DNA from: Eutreptiella sp. 'Long Island Sound 2002' | Lineage: Eukaryota > Protista > Euglenida | Assembly: GCA_964036045.1 (NCBI GenBank) | Contig: OZ038379.1 | Span: 13,454,001 to 13,518,000 of the forward strand | DNA: 64,000 nt | Reading direction: 5' to 3' | In this document: positions 22,172-36,570 of the stretch, one piece after another | How the letters are laid out: each line of letters begins with the position of its first letter | Position numbering within the stretch: the first letter of the stretch is position 1 | Program-made: the position numbers and the translations under genes | Notes under the pieces: model-generated | Told to the model about the DNA's origin: nothing | What the model saw: the letters and a program-made list of their open reading frames with translations, nothing else | Databases searched by the model: none

Positions 22172-23344
22172 TATGCCTCTTTTGGGTTCAAATTACCTAC
22201 CCTGCCTCCCCACCCACCCACTTTATCCTTAGTGGTTTGGTCAGTGCGGCACCCCACCATGTAGAAACAGCACCGGCGGACCAAAACAGCAGCTTGGTGG
22301 ACCTTCAAGAAGGGTTGATGTGCGAGAGGCCAATTTGGCCGCATGTAGAAGGCAGCAGTCACGGCAGAGCAAGGGCATCCGGTAGCGATAGGCCAGTGGG
22401 CACCACCATCTACCAAGGAAAATGATCTACCAAGGGCGGACAAGGGTCTGTGACGAGATGCCAATACGCCCCGCCAGCTTCAGACAGCAATCATCTCATG
22501 TGTCATGCCTAAACCCCCACCTCTCCGGAAGTCCAAGCCAGTGGAGGAGTTGGTGTATGGCTTACACCTGAGTGGCCCTGGTGTTTCGAGAACAGCACGA
22601 GTCCCACAGCCAAAGCCATGGGACACTCGCGTTCCTGCCCTTGCCCATGAGACGTTGGAATCGCCCACTTACCGGTAGTAGAGCTCAGTAGAGGGCTGCT
22701 GAACCTCGGTGTGCAGTGCATATGCGCAGTGCAATGTCCCATGTAGAAGTCCAGTGTTCGTGTGCCTCCACCACTGCATATGGCTGCCTCAGGCCTTCTG
22801 CTCCCGGTGGTACATGGCTGCTCTGGACTGCTGGCATGAGGCCATGCAGTGCGAACCCCTCCTGATCCCCGCCACCGCTGCCGCTCGTGCCGCCGCCTTC
22901 TCTGCCACCGGTGCCGCACACACGACGTATGTAGTGCTTATGGTTCCCTTTCTGAGCAGCCGTGGGATCCTCAACGCACGCCGCGTCTGCCGCCTGTGGC
23001 GTACGGAGATCATGGTGGGGCTCCAAGATGCCGGGGCCGCCCAGCAGTGGCCATGCATGCCCACCCGTTTGACGCAGTTGGGGCTTGTGGAGCGGCTGTT
23101 CGATGTGGGGGTTGTGGATGTGCAGGTGTACTGGATGCCGCAGGAGGCACAGCTGTGGCTGTACTTGCAGGGGGGCACTCAGCTGGTGCTCCGGAGCTGC
23201 AACCCGTTTGGATTCGCCCACCATATCCCAGTTTTCAGGCTCCAGGTGCCATGGTGCTCGCACATAAAACACAACGCATGGCATTCACCGTCTGAGATGA
23301 AGGGTCCCTCTGTTTGCGGGCAGAATGGTGTGAGGCGTAGGTTG

Positions 23345-23640
23345 CCTTTTTTTTTTGTAGGTCGTGTGCACTTTTTTGGGGGGCGCAAGCCGCCTGTGGA
23401 AAAAAAAAACTGAAAATGCTGTGGCTTCACGACCTACACCCCAGCCCCCCAAAAGTACGTGATTTACGCTTTTTTTTTTTACGCAACCTACATCCAAAAA
23501 AAAGTGCACGTGACCTGCAGCCAAAAAAAGTGCAGGTGACTAACGCTTTCTTTTACGCCACCTGCATCCGAAAGAGAACGGAAGTACATGCGACATACAT
23601 CCAAAAAAGTGCACGCAACCTACGGCAAAACACAAAAATG
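23345..23640. repeat. Degenerate CGACCTACATCCAAAAAAAGTGCA array; related arrays at about 27955-28225 and 30975-31130
   Basis: Repeated GACCTACA(T/C)CC plus A-run motif. The module GGAAAAA..CTGAAAATGCTRTGGC is shared between 23397 and 27985. Confidence 0.7.
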
Positions 23641-26600
23641 AACGCGGCCAGCCTTGCTAGATTTTTAAACAGGCTATGCGGTCATTCTGAATCCTGCTCA
23701 GGGGATGCCGAGACAGCGCGGGTTTCACAGTCTTCCTGGAAAAAAGGCCCCCAAAAGGGAGCGAAACAACAAGGACCATAATCCAATGAGGATGGTGTCA
23801 AGTCTCATGCCTCTGTGGCTGCTGTGGCAGTGCGCCCAAAGCGCAAGTCTGCCCTGCACAGCATCTATTGAACCTTTTCCGCCCCCCTTTTGATTTGTGG
23901 GTTGTGTGCAAGGGAAGTGTATTTGTTAGGGCAACTGCATTGTGACGCATGGAGGTTTCATTCGTGTTGGCCACAGATTGATGAAATTTTGTCGGTTCCG
24001 TTTTTTGCTTTTGTACCGCTCATCTCTTGCGTGTTGGTGGCCCTCGGTGCACTGCCTTATCCTCACAATCAGAATGTCACTGACGTCGCCCCTTTCCTCC
24101 GCGGGAAATTCATCTATTCTGCGCGCCTTCTGAATGTCTACATCGGAGGAATGGGTTTGCTGCATGGCCAGGTATGAGGCTGGGCTGAAGCTGACAATGC
24201 GCTCGCTTGAGATGATGATGGGGGTAAGGGCTGAGTTGTAGAGTTGTCTGTGGCTGTTGGTGTGCCTGTTCTGTTTGTCGAGGACATGAGCTGGGGTGGA
24301 TGGAATCCAGCCGCTGGGATGGCAGGGCTGGGACTTGGGCTGGGGCTACGCTGGCTAGCGCCGGGGCTGTGCTGAGATACTTCCTGTTCCTACCCGCACC
24401 GCACTCCTTTCGCCACCCCTTGTGCCCCGATGGCTTCGCCTGTCTCACACCACCTCGCCCACACTTGCCACGAGTACTGGCAGCGCCGCTGAGTCCTGAG
24501 GCGTCAGCTCTGTGTCATGTGCCGCTCAGTAATACCTGCGGCTGTGACACCCAGAACTCAGTAACAAACAGCTGCATCCAGCGTGTCCTTCGGTAGAATC
24601 CGGCGATTTGTGAGCTGCCAATCGCCAGTGCCAAGTCTGCTCCGCCCCCTGCTGCTTCCATCCCCACAACACCTCCTCTTTCCAGCCCCACAACATGACG
24701 CAGCAATGCATTGGTCTGGAGCTCAACCTCGGCGACAGCGGGAAGCATATCTTGACTGGCTACTGGCGTTCTCCCGCATCCTGTCGCGAGCCCACCAGCC
24801 CCTCCTACACGGACCTCATCCCCACGCCCGGAGAGCATCTTGCACCGCTGGCCCCCCAGCCCCTGGACCCCAGCAGCCCCATGTGCTCCCCCATCCTTTG
24901 GAACACCGGGGCACGCACCGCATGCACGCTCGATGCCGAGGGCTTTAAGGGCCCGTCAGTAGATCGCGTAGAGGCCCTGCGGGCTTTGCTGAAGTCTTCG
25001 AGATCCGTGCCTGACACACACAATTTATTGCAGGTTTGGCTGTGCGTCGTTGTGTGCATGCCCCCACCCACGCGTCCCAATCCACTGCAAGGTCCCCCAT
25101 CAACGCCCCCCCAAACACTTGGTGATCCGAAGCCCCTATGTTACATTTCCCACATCTGCATCTGTGGAGTACCCTCCAAACTTCGCCGTCTTGGGAAAGA
25201 TTTTGTGTGGAGCATGCCAGCGCTAGCATGGGGGACGCCAAGGGACAGAAGCTGCACCTCTGAGTGTTGAGACAACGGACCCACCCTCACCTGCCACAGT
25301 TTCCCCACCGTCTCCAGACAACCAATGCGGACACTTTCCTCCTAAAACCTCAAACCAATGTGCACACCCAGAAGTACCAACCGGCACACTTACTGAGCCT
25401 TTGGGGTGGCCCCTCAACCGGCAAACCTCAGCCCCTCAACCCGTCCGTCCCAAGCCCCGTTTCCTGGCCCCCTGCCACACGTTTCACTTCATCACAGGCC
25501 GCTCTCTCACTCTTCCCAAAGCCTCCAAAGCTCAGCATCTTCACAAAGCGGACCGCCAGCCTTCGGCTGGTGTTCTCTCAGGACGTGGCCTCCCGCCTGC
25601 GCAACGGCACTGTGAGGCCACCGCAGCCGTTCCTGTCCCCGCACTACGGCTCCGTGATTGGATACCATCTCCCGGACACTGCCCCGTCGCAGGACGCATT
25701 CACGATCCATGGCACGCCGTGCCTTTTGTACTGGGCATTGAAGCAACTGATTGCCGCAAATACTGCGCCGGTGGAGATGGCATTGCGTGTGACGTATGCC
25801 CCGGGTTGTCGAGGCCGGTGTTGGACGCTGGCAGGGCCGATTGGCTCCCGAGGGCAGAATGGTTGGCGAAGTGTGGTCTGGGTTGAGGGTTGGGGGTGCA
25901 CTCGGGAAATATCAGCCCCCGCCGTGCACCGAAGGTTATAAAGAGGAGCGCCTCCCACCTCCCTCCGGACGCCCCTCCCCCAGAAGAGAAGTTTGCAGGA
26001 GGGAAACGGGAACGGTTTACTGAGGGAAAAGTTGTTGGCCCACCACTTTGATTGGGATCCAAACCCCCGCCCCCTCTGTGCACCATTTCTCACCTCCAAT
26101 GCGGCGGAGAACACCCTGCCTGCGTTCGCAGCAGGCACGGAGTTCAGAACACAGTTGATCATCATGAGAAAAGGGGCCGATCCGGTTCTTAGTGCACAGC
26201 GGTGTCCAGCAGAGATGTATTTTAATAGTGGTCGAATAATTTTGGTGGGGGGGGGGGGAAGGGGGCCGGGGTCTGAGGGGCCCGAGATGACGAAATGACG
26301 ATTACGAAGCCCCTTTGTCCCGCTTGTGGTAAAGGGTAAGTTTTGCCACTGAAGCTGCCAGATTTTTTCCTGAGGGGCCAAAAGTGACCCAAAAAGTTTC
26401 TTCGGTCAAAAAATGTCATGAGGCCCATCAAATTGATCAGCAGAATGTGCTGAACGCCAAGATGTATGTGGTGGGGGCCAAAAAGCACTTTTTTTTTTCA
26501 AGGGTGAACATTGACCAAAATTGGCCGGCCGCATTTCGTCATCGTCATTTTGTCATTGGGGGGCTGGGGGGCGCCCCCTCACTATATCCATCCCTGGTGT

Positions 26601-28226
26601 CCAGTGTGCAGTTCGATGCAGTCCCACGTGTGTCGCCAGTGCTAGTCAACTGCAGTGCCCCTATGCAGCCACCTCTCACGCGCCCCAGAATGCGCAGCTG
26701 GTTGTCCCTTTGCACGAGTGCTCGTGCCCAGACATGACTGCAACCTGCGTGCCCAGTCATATGCCGATGCCCTCACAGGCCTTTCCTTCTCCCCTGCAAA
26801 ACGAGTCCCAGGAGTGCCCTTTAGGAACGAGGGGCTCTTGATGAAGCACAGCGGATTGCGGTTGGTGGACGGCGGTGGGCGGTCAACCGGCGGCTGTTGA
26901 TGTGGTGACGGGCGGCGGTTCGTGACCGGCTGGCGCGCTTTTGGGGCCCGTTTTTTCGTGGGATGCAGGTTAGGGCGGGCGAGTCCCAGAGGTCCAGTCC
27001 CCCCCCCCCCCCTCTAATACCCTTGCCCCGCAGGTGCCCCGTGGAGGAGGATTTGATGGCATGCCACGACAGCGATCAGCTCGTCTTCTCCCTCTCCGAC
27101 TGCCTGTACGCACTGTACAGCCGTCCCGAGGGCCTAGTCTCCTGCCTGCAGTCCATGTGTATCCCTGCCCCTGCCCTGAAGCCACGCACACACACGCCAC
27201 TGACCGTGTCCAGCCTCCCGTGATGCGCCGGCCACGTCGTGATGTCCCGTGCCCTCAATCCGAATGGAGCCTGTGGGCGCTCCCCAAAAGGGGGCGATGC
27301 CAGATGCCTGTCCACCGTGCCCCTGCGCTTCCAGTGCGCACGCTTGTCCCATGCCTTTCCGTCCTCAGTCTACCTCCGCGAGGGTCTCCATCATTGCACC
27401 ATCGGCTCTATCCCCTGTGCTTGCGCCCCAAGGACGACTCCTGCGGGGCCATTCAGTATCGCCCTCGCCCCTACCCTTTTCGTGGGTGTAGGTCTATTCT
27501 GCATTTTCCCCTGTGCGTGACGTCAGATGTACCCCGTTGACCAACGTGTTGGCAGCACTCATACCATGGCAACAGCCGTTGCGCACTTGTGTCTGCGTCT
27601 ATCGGAGAAGTGCTGCTGCCCGTGCTGCGCAAAGTTGATTCTGGTACTTTCCTGAAAGGAATATTGAGGGGTCCGTGAAAAAAGAGTGGTGGTTTGCATT
27701 GTGTGGTTTTCCTGTTTGCGTCCGTGTCGTCCTGCATTTTTGCATCTCTCTGCAGATGCACGTACTTGTGGAACAACACGAGTCATGCATCAAGCAAGGC
27801 AAATGAATGCGGTAATTCATCGGGAATTTGGACGCTACAGCATCAGGGCTCCTGACAACAGCTCAGCACCACTGGGGGATGGGGGGGGCGCACCACCCAC
27901 CCACACCCCCTCGATGCCCAGCCCCATTGTGTTCGGCGTAAGTCACTTATTTTTTTTTTTGGTGTAGGTTGTATGTGGAGGAAAAACCTGAAAATGCTAT
28001 GGCATGCGACCTACATCAAAAAAAATGTGTCTTCCGTTTTTTTTTTGTGATGTGACCTACATCCGAAGAAAAAAAAATTGCATGCGACCAACAGCAAAAA
28101 AAACAAAACAACGCCATATACACTTTTTTTGTGACGCGACCTACACCCACAAAGAAAACCAGTACACGCGTCCTACATCCCAAAAAAAAAAGTGCACACG
28201 CATTACTGTGCCAAAAAACAAAAACA

Positions 28227-28471
28227 CTTCGGCGTGGCCCCTCGAGTTGGGGTAATGGACTCCCACACTTTGGTGTGCCCCTTGAGTTGTGGTTATGGAC
28301 TCCCACGCTTCGGTGTCGCCCCTCAAGTTGGGGTGATGGACTCCCACGCTTCTGGGTGGCCCCTCCGGTTGGGGTGATGGACTCCCATGCTTCGGTATGG
28401 CCCCTTGAGTTGTGGTTATGGATGCCCATGCTTCGCTATGGCCCCTCGAGTTGGGCCGATGGACTTTCACG
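28227..28471. repeat. 41-bp minisatellite, 6 copies
   Basis: Unit about CTTCGGYGTGGCCCCTCRAGTTGGGGTRATGGACTCCCAYG; a partial copy lies at about 6232-6282. Confidence 0.9.
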
Positions 28472-29588
28472 CTCCTTCTTGAGATTAATTGAACCTCTAG
28501 CTCTGATATTGAATTTGGCACAAGGCTTGCACGTTGCGCATGTGGTGTAAGCAGGGAGAGGTGCATCTACCCTTGTGGCTTGTGGTCCGCGACCACCACC
28601 TCAAGTTGCTAAGACCATACACACACACTTGCTGGTGCCTACAAAGGCCAAAAAAAAAGGCAAATGGCTCTTCGTGATGGAAACTCTCACACTACCATAT
28701 AATGGTAGTGCTGCGAGTAGTTGTCTGTGCTCATGCGCACTTCTAAAGGTGTACCATAGTGTAATGGGATGGTCAGGTACTTGCTTTCTTGTCAATCCAC
28801 CGGGTCACTGCAAAGTAATGCACCTACCCAATGTACGGTATGTACGCCATGTGTGAAGGCGTCTTTCTGTGGCACATTGTGAAGGTTCCAGGTTTCAAGG
28901 AGCCCACCTAGTACTCCTCGGAGTCGATTGCCCAACACCCCTTCAAGTTGGGACCCGTGGAACACTTGGTCACCGCTCGAGCAGAACCACAAAAACCGTC
29001 TTCCTCAAAAAAAAAGCCCACAAGAAGGGAGTGAAACAACAAGGACCACAATCTAGTGAGGATGGTGCAAGGTCACATGCGTTTGAGGATGCCGTGGTAG
29101 TGCCCCCCAATAGGCGATTCCATCCCGCAAAGGAAATCATGGCACCAATTGAATCTTTCGTGCCCACCTTGGACTTGTGGGGTGTGTGAGAGGAAGGCGT
29201 ATTTGTGGTGCATGCACTACGAAGGGTGTGGTTTTTGCTTGACCACGGTTGAGTGTCCGATGCGTGGCCAAGTCCTTGCCAATGAGGATGCGTGGATTTT
29301 TAAGAAGTGGAAAATGTAGGTCAATGCGGATCCCTTCTGGAAGCCACCTTGCCCCGTGGTCCTATTGAAGACGAGGAGGACACAAACAAAACTATTGTAC
29401 TAGCCGGTAGGGTTAGTGCGATTTCAAAGCCCTCCGTATGATTGATGAGGAGGAGCCCCTCTCCCCGCCCAGAGTAGCTGAACCTTTGGATGCTGGCACT
29501 CCTAGGGGGAGATTGTGCTATCTTTGTCACTATGGCATGGAAGGTTACCTGTAGGTGTCCTCTGGATGAGACCAAACCTCTTGTGGTG

Positions 29589-30122
29589 GGAGATTGGTTG
29601 AGTGACAAGGATATTGCTATATGGGCTTACTGACAAGTTGTATCACAATGAAATCGATGAGCCATGGGCATGGACTATAGCGGTGACATACGTTGTGTCC
29701 CACCTACAAAAATGAAGATGTATGAAAGGACTCAGGCAACCTGTGGTGGTTTGGCCCGGAGGTGGTGGCACATATTTATTCTTAATATTGGCAATCTTGA
29801 AGGGCTTCACTAGTTTGTTTGTGCCATGGACTGCACAGGGCCAGTATGGGCCTTCAAAGTGTGGATTTGGGAGCCACTGTTTGGTATTTCCTTGATTTGG
29901 CCAATGTTGACACGCCTCCAACAAAACGGCATTTTGACACATGCTTTGGCTTTGGGTTTTCAAAAAGATGGTTCGTCATGTGGCTATCAATCCTTGCATC
30001 TTTGCGATGAGGTGGTTGGCCATCACAGAAGCTTGGAGGACATTGATGTTGTGCTGACACCTTTGCCGAAAGGATTCATCCGTGAAGCATTGCACATCAT
30101 CAATGCAGATTGCTGCGTCTGA
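29589..30122 (+). pseudogene. Ulp1/C48-type (SUMO/Ub-like) cysteine protease relic
   Basis: GDWLSDKDI, FILN..EGLH*FVCAMD (HW changed to H-stop), IWEPL and FQKDGSSCG, in the order expected for C48 proteases; frameshifts present. Confidence 0.7.
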
Positions 30123-33100
30123 GTCCTAGGCACCGTCTTGGAGATTGGATGGGAGGAGGACTTGACTTGCTGGAAGGCTAGGTCTCCTCCTACACCAGCC
30201 TCCAACTCTGAGTCCCCGCTCCCATGTACTTCGCCTCTCCTTTTTGAAGAAGAGGATCCTCTTTCACAACCCAAGGAGAATATTGCTACCACCCCCTCCT
30301 TGGAGCCGAAAGCTGGAGAATCTCCTCCTTCCCCAACCTCCAACTTTGAGGATGCGCCCCCAGACGGGCAGTCGGTGAAGGGCAATGTTGACGCCCCCCA
30401 CCAATCCCGCACTCTATCTCTTTTGATCCCACCACGCATGATGACACCCGTCCGTACGTGTCCATCCCGGGGGAGCGATTCCACTTTCCTGAGGGGTGTT
30501 CAAAGGGTGCAGAGGGTCGGTTGGTGAGGGACCAAATGTTTCTTGATGGGTTGACCAAGGACATTAAGCTGAATATCCATGAAGCTGGTGCGTGGAACAC
30601 CAATCCGCGTGCAAAGCCTAAGTCAACAGACTTGCAGCCTGGTTTGATCTACAAACGTGTGTTTGCCGACTTCTTGTAGTTGGTGCATGTTTTGTGAGGT
30701 TTTGTAGCACATTCCCCTCTTCTCTTCTGTTGTCTCCCCTTCTCTCCACTCCTCTCTCCGACATTATTTATTTCTTTTCGCCATCTTTGGGCGATGAGTA
30801 TAAAAACCACCCTTCGCGCTACGGCTCCATTGCTTTACATATGCCGGGGGCACCCAAAATGTCCGTGGGGGCTATATGCTTCACCTTCTCCGGTAGCAAT
30901 GGTGGTTGTGGGTGGTTTTTGTGACTTTTCTTGTTGTTCTTTTTTTTTCCCCAGAGAAAAGATTTTTTTCCATACGTGACCTACACCCCAACCCCTCAAA
31001 AAAGTACATGCAATTTATCCCCCCTCCCCCCAATTTTTGGTCAAAAAGCGGTTTACCAAAAAGAAAAGTGCATGTAGCTTACGCCAAAAAAAAATACGCG
31101 ACTTATGCTTTTTTCTGCAATTGACCTACGCTTCCCTCCACCCCCTGAAGACCGTTTTTCTCCGGGCCTTGGGCCAATCAACAGATTTCTCTGCCGCCTT
31201 CGGCGCCATTAGTTGAGTTTTGGCACCTCTTAAAATTCAGCACCACTTGGGGGGGGGGGGTGGACCCCCCTCCCCCTGGAAGGAGCCCTCGGAGCCCTCT
31301 ACAGCAGACCTTTTTCAATTTATGCTGTTTTCAACCTTTTTTCCTTTTTCTTGATACTGACCCAGACTTTCCTTCGTGTGCCTGTGCATTTGCATCTGTG
31401 CACGTGCCTGTGCATGTGCCTGTGCGTGTGTTTATGTGCGCGCGCGCGCGCGCGTGTGTGTGTGTGCTTACGTGTGCATGCCAACTTGCGTGTGCGTAGG
31501 TGCGCTTAGCAAGAGGAAGAAAGGTACGGTGTGTAAATAAATCGCCAGTGCCAAGGGAACGCTGGAGACCGTGCCCATCCCATGAGCCCCTGCTGTGCAG
31601 GCAAAGACTGGATTGTACATACCAATGCGATCCCCCAACCCTTGGGGGACTGCCCATGGGATGGAACTCTTAGGAGTGCTGCCACGCGTGTACCTACTAA
31701 ATTGCTCCTACAGATACCAGGTGGTGGTCACTCGCTCGACATTCTGTTTGCCTCTGTGGCGCTGGTTCGTCACGTGGACTGCCCCCTACTGCCTGGACTG
31801 CTCCAGCTGATTGTCGGGCTTGTGCAATCAGGGGACATGCTTGACCGCTGCCATCAGCTGCCACCTACGGCCAACAAAGCCGGCGCTAATTTCAGCACAT
31901 TGAGCCAGACCACAGGGCTGCATCCGCTTGATTACATCGGATGCTGTGCCTGTCTGCTCGACTTTTTATATTTCACATTTGTCATGGGCAAGTGCAGTGC
32001 ACTCGGATATCCCTTTTGCATTGCAAGGGTGTTGGTGCAGCCGGGTATTATTGATATATTGTGCCATGCTTGAGCCCGCCCTACTCTACCACCATTTCAT
32101 GGAATTGTTTTTGCACTCCACAACAGCAAATTCAGGATGTTCTCGGAATACTTCGATGCATGGAGACGGCGACAGGAACATGTGGGGAAACATGCTTTTG
32201 TGGTGGGGGCTTGTGCCACCCTGTGTTTCTTGTCGAATCACATGCACACACCCCAATGCCATGAGATTTCTCACCACTGCCGTCACTGACCTGCAACCTG
32301 ACGAATTTCAATGATGGTGAAATTCGGTTCCTGTGCCTGAATTTGGAGGATGCAAAATAAGCGCAGTTTGGCTGCAAACCGCCCCAAACCAAGAACGGGC
32401 CATATCTTGGGTTACGCGGCTCAAAATGCGATTTCAAGGGCACCCCATCCACCGCAACCCTCTACGTTTGTTTGTTTGGTTTGTGGTTTCCATCCCTTGG
32501 AACTGCCCAAATGGACGCCTAGACCCCTGTACCAGTGCTCATTTGGCCCCTGCAAGCAACAAGCTTGAGCCCCCAACGGCGGGCCCAAAATGGTTCCTGG
32601 GGTCCAATGAGGGCAGAAAATTGGCCTGCTTCTAGACGAAGTGCGTTGCCCAAAGAAGAGCTTCTGGCCCGTTTTGAGACTGTGGCAACCCATTTTGGCC
32701 CATTGAAAATCCGAAAGCCTTGACAATGGGCCATTTTGGGACCAAAAATGGGTGACCCATTCCCACCTCCATGCACTTGCCTTCCCGATTCCCATCTATG
32801 TGCCCTTGCATTCACAACTGCATGCAAGGCCACCCCAACTACGCGTTGAAGCACCACAACATGCAAGACCACCCCCAATGCACACCGATGCACCACAGCA
32901 TGTAAGTCCCAGCAGGGCTGGGGACCCCCGCCCCCCAAAGCTGGTGCCCAAAAGGCGCGTGCCCCTCAATCCTGTCTGCAGTATGCCAGCTATCCCTGCA
33001 GCAGTACCAGTTGTCTTTTTCCGATAAATGCGATGATTGGATGTTTTATTGCTCTTGCCCCATTGCTCATCTGCTGAAACCCAGCGCCTGACCCACCTGG

Positions 33101-36100
33101 TGGCCGAAGCAAGTATGGGTATCAGCAGCAAATGATCATATGATAATTTAAATTGTTTTGCCCCCCTGTGATGTTGTGTGCACTTATCATTGCGCTCAAC
33201 CACCACCACCACCTTTTACATGTCTACCAGCTGCCAATGCCTCCCTCACACCCTCTGTGGCAGGCAAAGGTCAAGCAATAGGACGTGAGCATCACCACAT
33301 TTCAACACCAAAGGCACTGTTGCATGACCAACCGGAAACACCGCCACCATGTGCACCACCATCACACCAAACAAAACAACCTCACAAAAAAAATGTCCCC
33401 TTTCGGGACAGCCACCCAGAACGCATGCACAGCACCCACCCACATCGCCCACATTGGCTCCTCACAATATTGGCCGCCTCACCGTTACCGCTCCTTCCCC
33501 CGCAAGGTCATTGTCATCTGAAGACAACGGATCTTGACCATCTCAAGCTATGCGGCCCTTCACCCACAGCCAAAGCTTGCCCTTGGGTGCCCCTTATGTC
33601 TTCTCCACCGTAAGGGACAACCACAACCCCTTATTGCTGCTGGTGCATCCCGTCCCCGGTGGACTCCCAAGACCCATTTTGGGGCCGGCCTGTTGGGGGT
33701 CAAGCTTGCTGTTTGCAGGAGATTTCTAGGTCTTTTTCACACTTTCCATGGGCGAAAAAGGTCAAAACAGGCTCAAAGTGGGATCATTTCACTGGTTTGT
33801 GCCTCCCAAATAGTCTATCAGTTTTGGAGAAAAACGTTTTTGACCCATTTTGATGTGGACGGGGCTAGGATGGAAATTGAGGATTGGGGACATGGGGGAC
33901 TATTCTGGGACGACTCATCAAATCTCTAGGTCCATTGTGATATAATTGGAGGAGCCATCACTGTGCAGCCCAGGATCCAAGGATGCTTGGGGGACTGGGG
34001 TCATGATGTGGAGTATGAACCGCCTTGGTCTCATCCAAGCTGCAAGTGTTACCAACGTTGCATTAGGGCAAACGGTTGCATTGGGATGAGTTGAAGAACA
34101 TGTAAATTTTCTTCTGGTGGCAGTGGGTACCTAGAGATGGTGTGCCACGTTCACTTCGACCAAAGGAAACTGGCCTTTTACAACGGTTGCCTTCAGAAAC
34201 GGGGCCAAGTATGTAGGGGCACAGCAATACCCCACTTCATTCGCTAGCAATGAAGTCCCTCCAGCAGAGTGGCTCCTGATGACAAACTCTTTATTTCTAC
34301 CGTTGAACAACACTTCGTTGTGTGGGTGTGCAATCCCATGAGCCGGCCTCTCTCCCACTTCTAGTCCAGATATGTAGTGCATGGGCTCCGGGCAAGACTT
34401 GTTTTCATGATTCACTCTAATGCGATACCCTAGGGGACGAGATGGATGAGGCGAGATGGATGAGGAGGAGGATGACTTACCTCCCTTGACACAGTGCAGT
34501 GATGAGCTCTAATTGCATGTACATTTGCCTTCTACAACATTGTACGTGATACCTTGCCCCGGCCTTGCAACCTTATAGCTTTCCGTCGGTGAACTTCGGC
34601 TCGCCATGAACGCTTGCGCAGCCTGTGGTTAGGCCGCTCAGTGCATTGTTCTTCCAACAACATGTAGTGCGCATGTATTGGCTTCCTAACCCCCACCCCT
34701 TTAAGATCTCCCACCCCTTGTAACCCCCCCCCCCTTTGGAGACCTTAACTTCAATGTTTTTCTAGTTAGCATCTATTACGGCGGTTCGTGTTGCCCATTT
34801 GTTACACACGGCCTTGCATTGGTTTCCCATTGCTTCAAATCACAAAGTGCTGAAATAGATCATGAGAATCCTCAACTCTCAAGGCTAGAGGCTGTGGTGG
34901 TTGCACAAGTCTCCGGAGTAGCCGGACGTTAGCATGGCTTCAGAACCCCAAACGACAGCTTAAACCCTACCCCATACAACCAAGGGTAGGTCCAAATCAA
35001 ATGTGGAGGAACCCCATCCCCCCAAAATGTCCCCATTGGCATGTCTCACATTGGCATGATTCTGTAGGAAAAATTTTGCAATAAAGTGTGAGGTGCTACT
35101 TTGTGAACCTCTCAATAAATCCAAACATTGCAGAAATAAGAATCTCTATTGTTTTTGATGTTTGTGCGTCTCTCATTTTGTAGAGAGCAACAGATCAACG
35201 TGCACGAAACTTTTTTGTTCCGTTGTAAATTTCTTGGACAATGTACACTAAAGCTAATTACCCTTTCCCTGAAGCATTCCCAATGGGTGACAGCGACTAC
35301 CACCTGCAGCAACTGGCTGGTCTGCGTACTTTAGCCTACAAATTTGGAACCCTATTGATGTGCAGGTACTGTACCTGGTGCAAGACAGTGACAAGGACAG
35401 TGACAAGTTGGTGGCACAACTGGTGAATGGTGGGTAGTGCTGGGGCTAGGTGGAACGACTATGGAAAGTCTGTTGGGGTCCTCCAGTCCAGGGTTTTGGG
35501 GATTCGTGTTGGGCGTGGGATGGACCATAGCATGGCAGCAGTGCGGCCGTGCCTAGTCTGGGTTGGTCATATGTAAAGTGGATTTCCATCATAAGCAACA
35601 TTGGCCATCCGTTGATGCACCGCTGTCCAAGGGTTTGATACGGCGCGGCTTCGGTCGTGACGCCCATCAGTGGTATTTAGAGGATGCAAATGCGCAGAAG
35701 TGATCATGCAAACCTCCAGAGAAATGGATCAGGTTGTGTGAGGCAGCAGTGCGGGTGGCATGCCCAGCATGAAACAGGAACCTGAGCTTGGGAGTCAGAG
35801 TGGGGGGGTTCCGGCCTTCTGTGGGGTCTATTGGCTGCAACCAGTGATCAGTCACTACAAAATCCGGTGTCGAAAGAATTTTTTTGGGGTCAACAGCTGT
35901 CAAAATTCTTTTTGACTGAATCTCAGACAAATGATGATATTTTGGGATTTCCTGGTCACGCTGATTCCAAACATGATATTTGCGATTTTTCCGAAACTTG
36001 GGGGCCAGATCACCTCGAGGCCATTTTGAGGGGGTCCGCCCTTGGAAGCTCTACTGGGTCCAGCCAATGGGGGGGAGGCTCTGCGGCGGGGGGGGGGTTG

Positions 36101-36570
36101 CCATAAAGGATAGGCCAGGGGTATGAAGCCGCCCCTGCCCTCCCCTGCAATTGACTGTCCGGGAGTCCCTGCAATACCCCGAGAGCCGCACAGCATATGC
36201 GGGATGGGGCCACCACATAAGGCCTGCACAAAACATGATGCATGTGGGTCGTGAGATCTTTATTTCGCCAACCCAAAACATTTGCAGGCTCTGTGTTTCA
36301 TTGCTTTGCAATGTTGTGTGGCGGGTGGACTTTTTGCCCTCGTGTGTATACTACCCCCCCCCTTCCCCCCCTGCGCAATCCTTGCCCCGAAAATTTATGG
36401 CGCTGCAGGCCCCGATGAACAATTTCCTGCAGTTGCAATGCAGTTGGTGACCGGCCGCCCCGGGGGTAGGGGTCTGGGGGGACTGTTCAAAGGGGCGCGG
36501 GGTACTTCAAAGCAGCAAAACGCTTGGAAACGTGACCTCTCTGCATGTCATCAGCGCTGTGCCACCCGTC

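Noticed and set aside
24300-25941. Several 100-225 codon ORFs as host genes
   Set aside because: No recognisable domain or consistent codon bias; cannot be distinguished from decayed TE cargo without a search.
31700-32070. SET-domain-like relic on the minus strand (AQYINN)
   Set aside because: One short motif with multiple stops; insufficient support.
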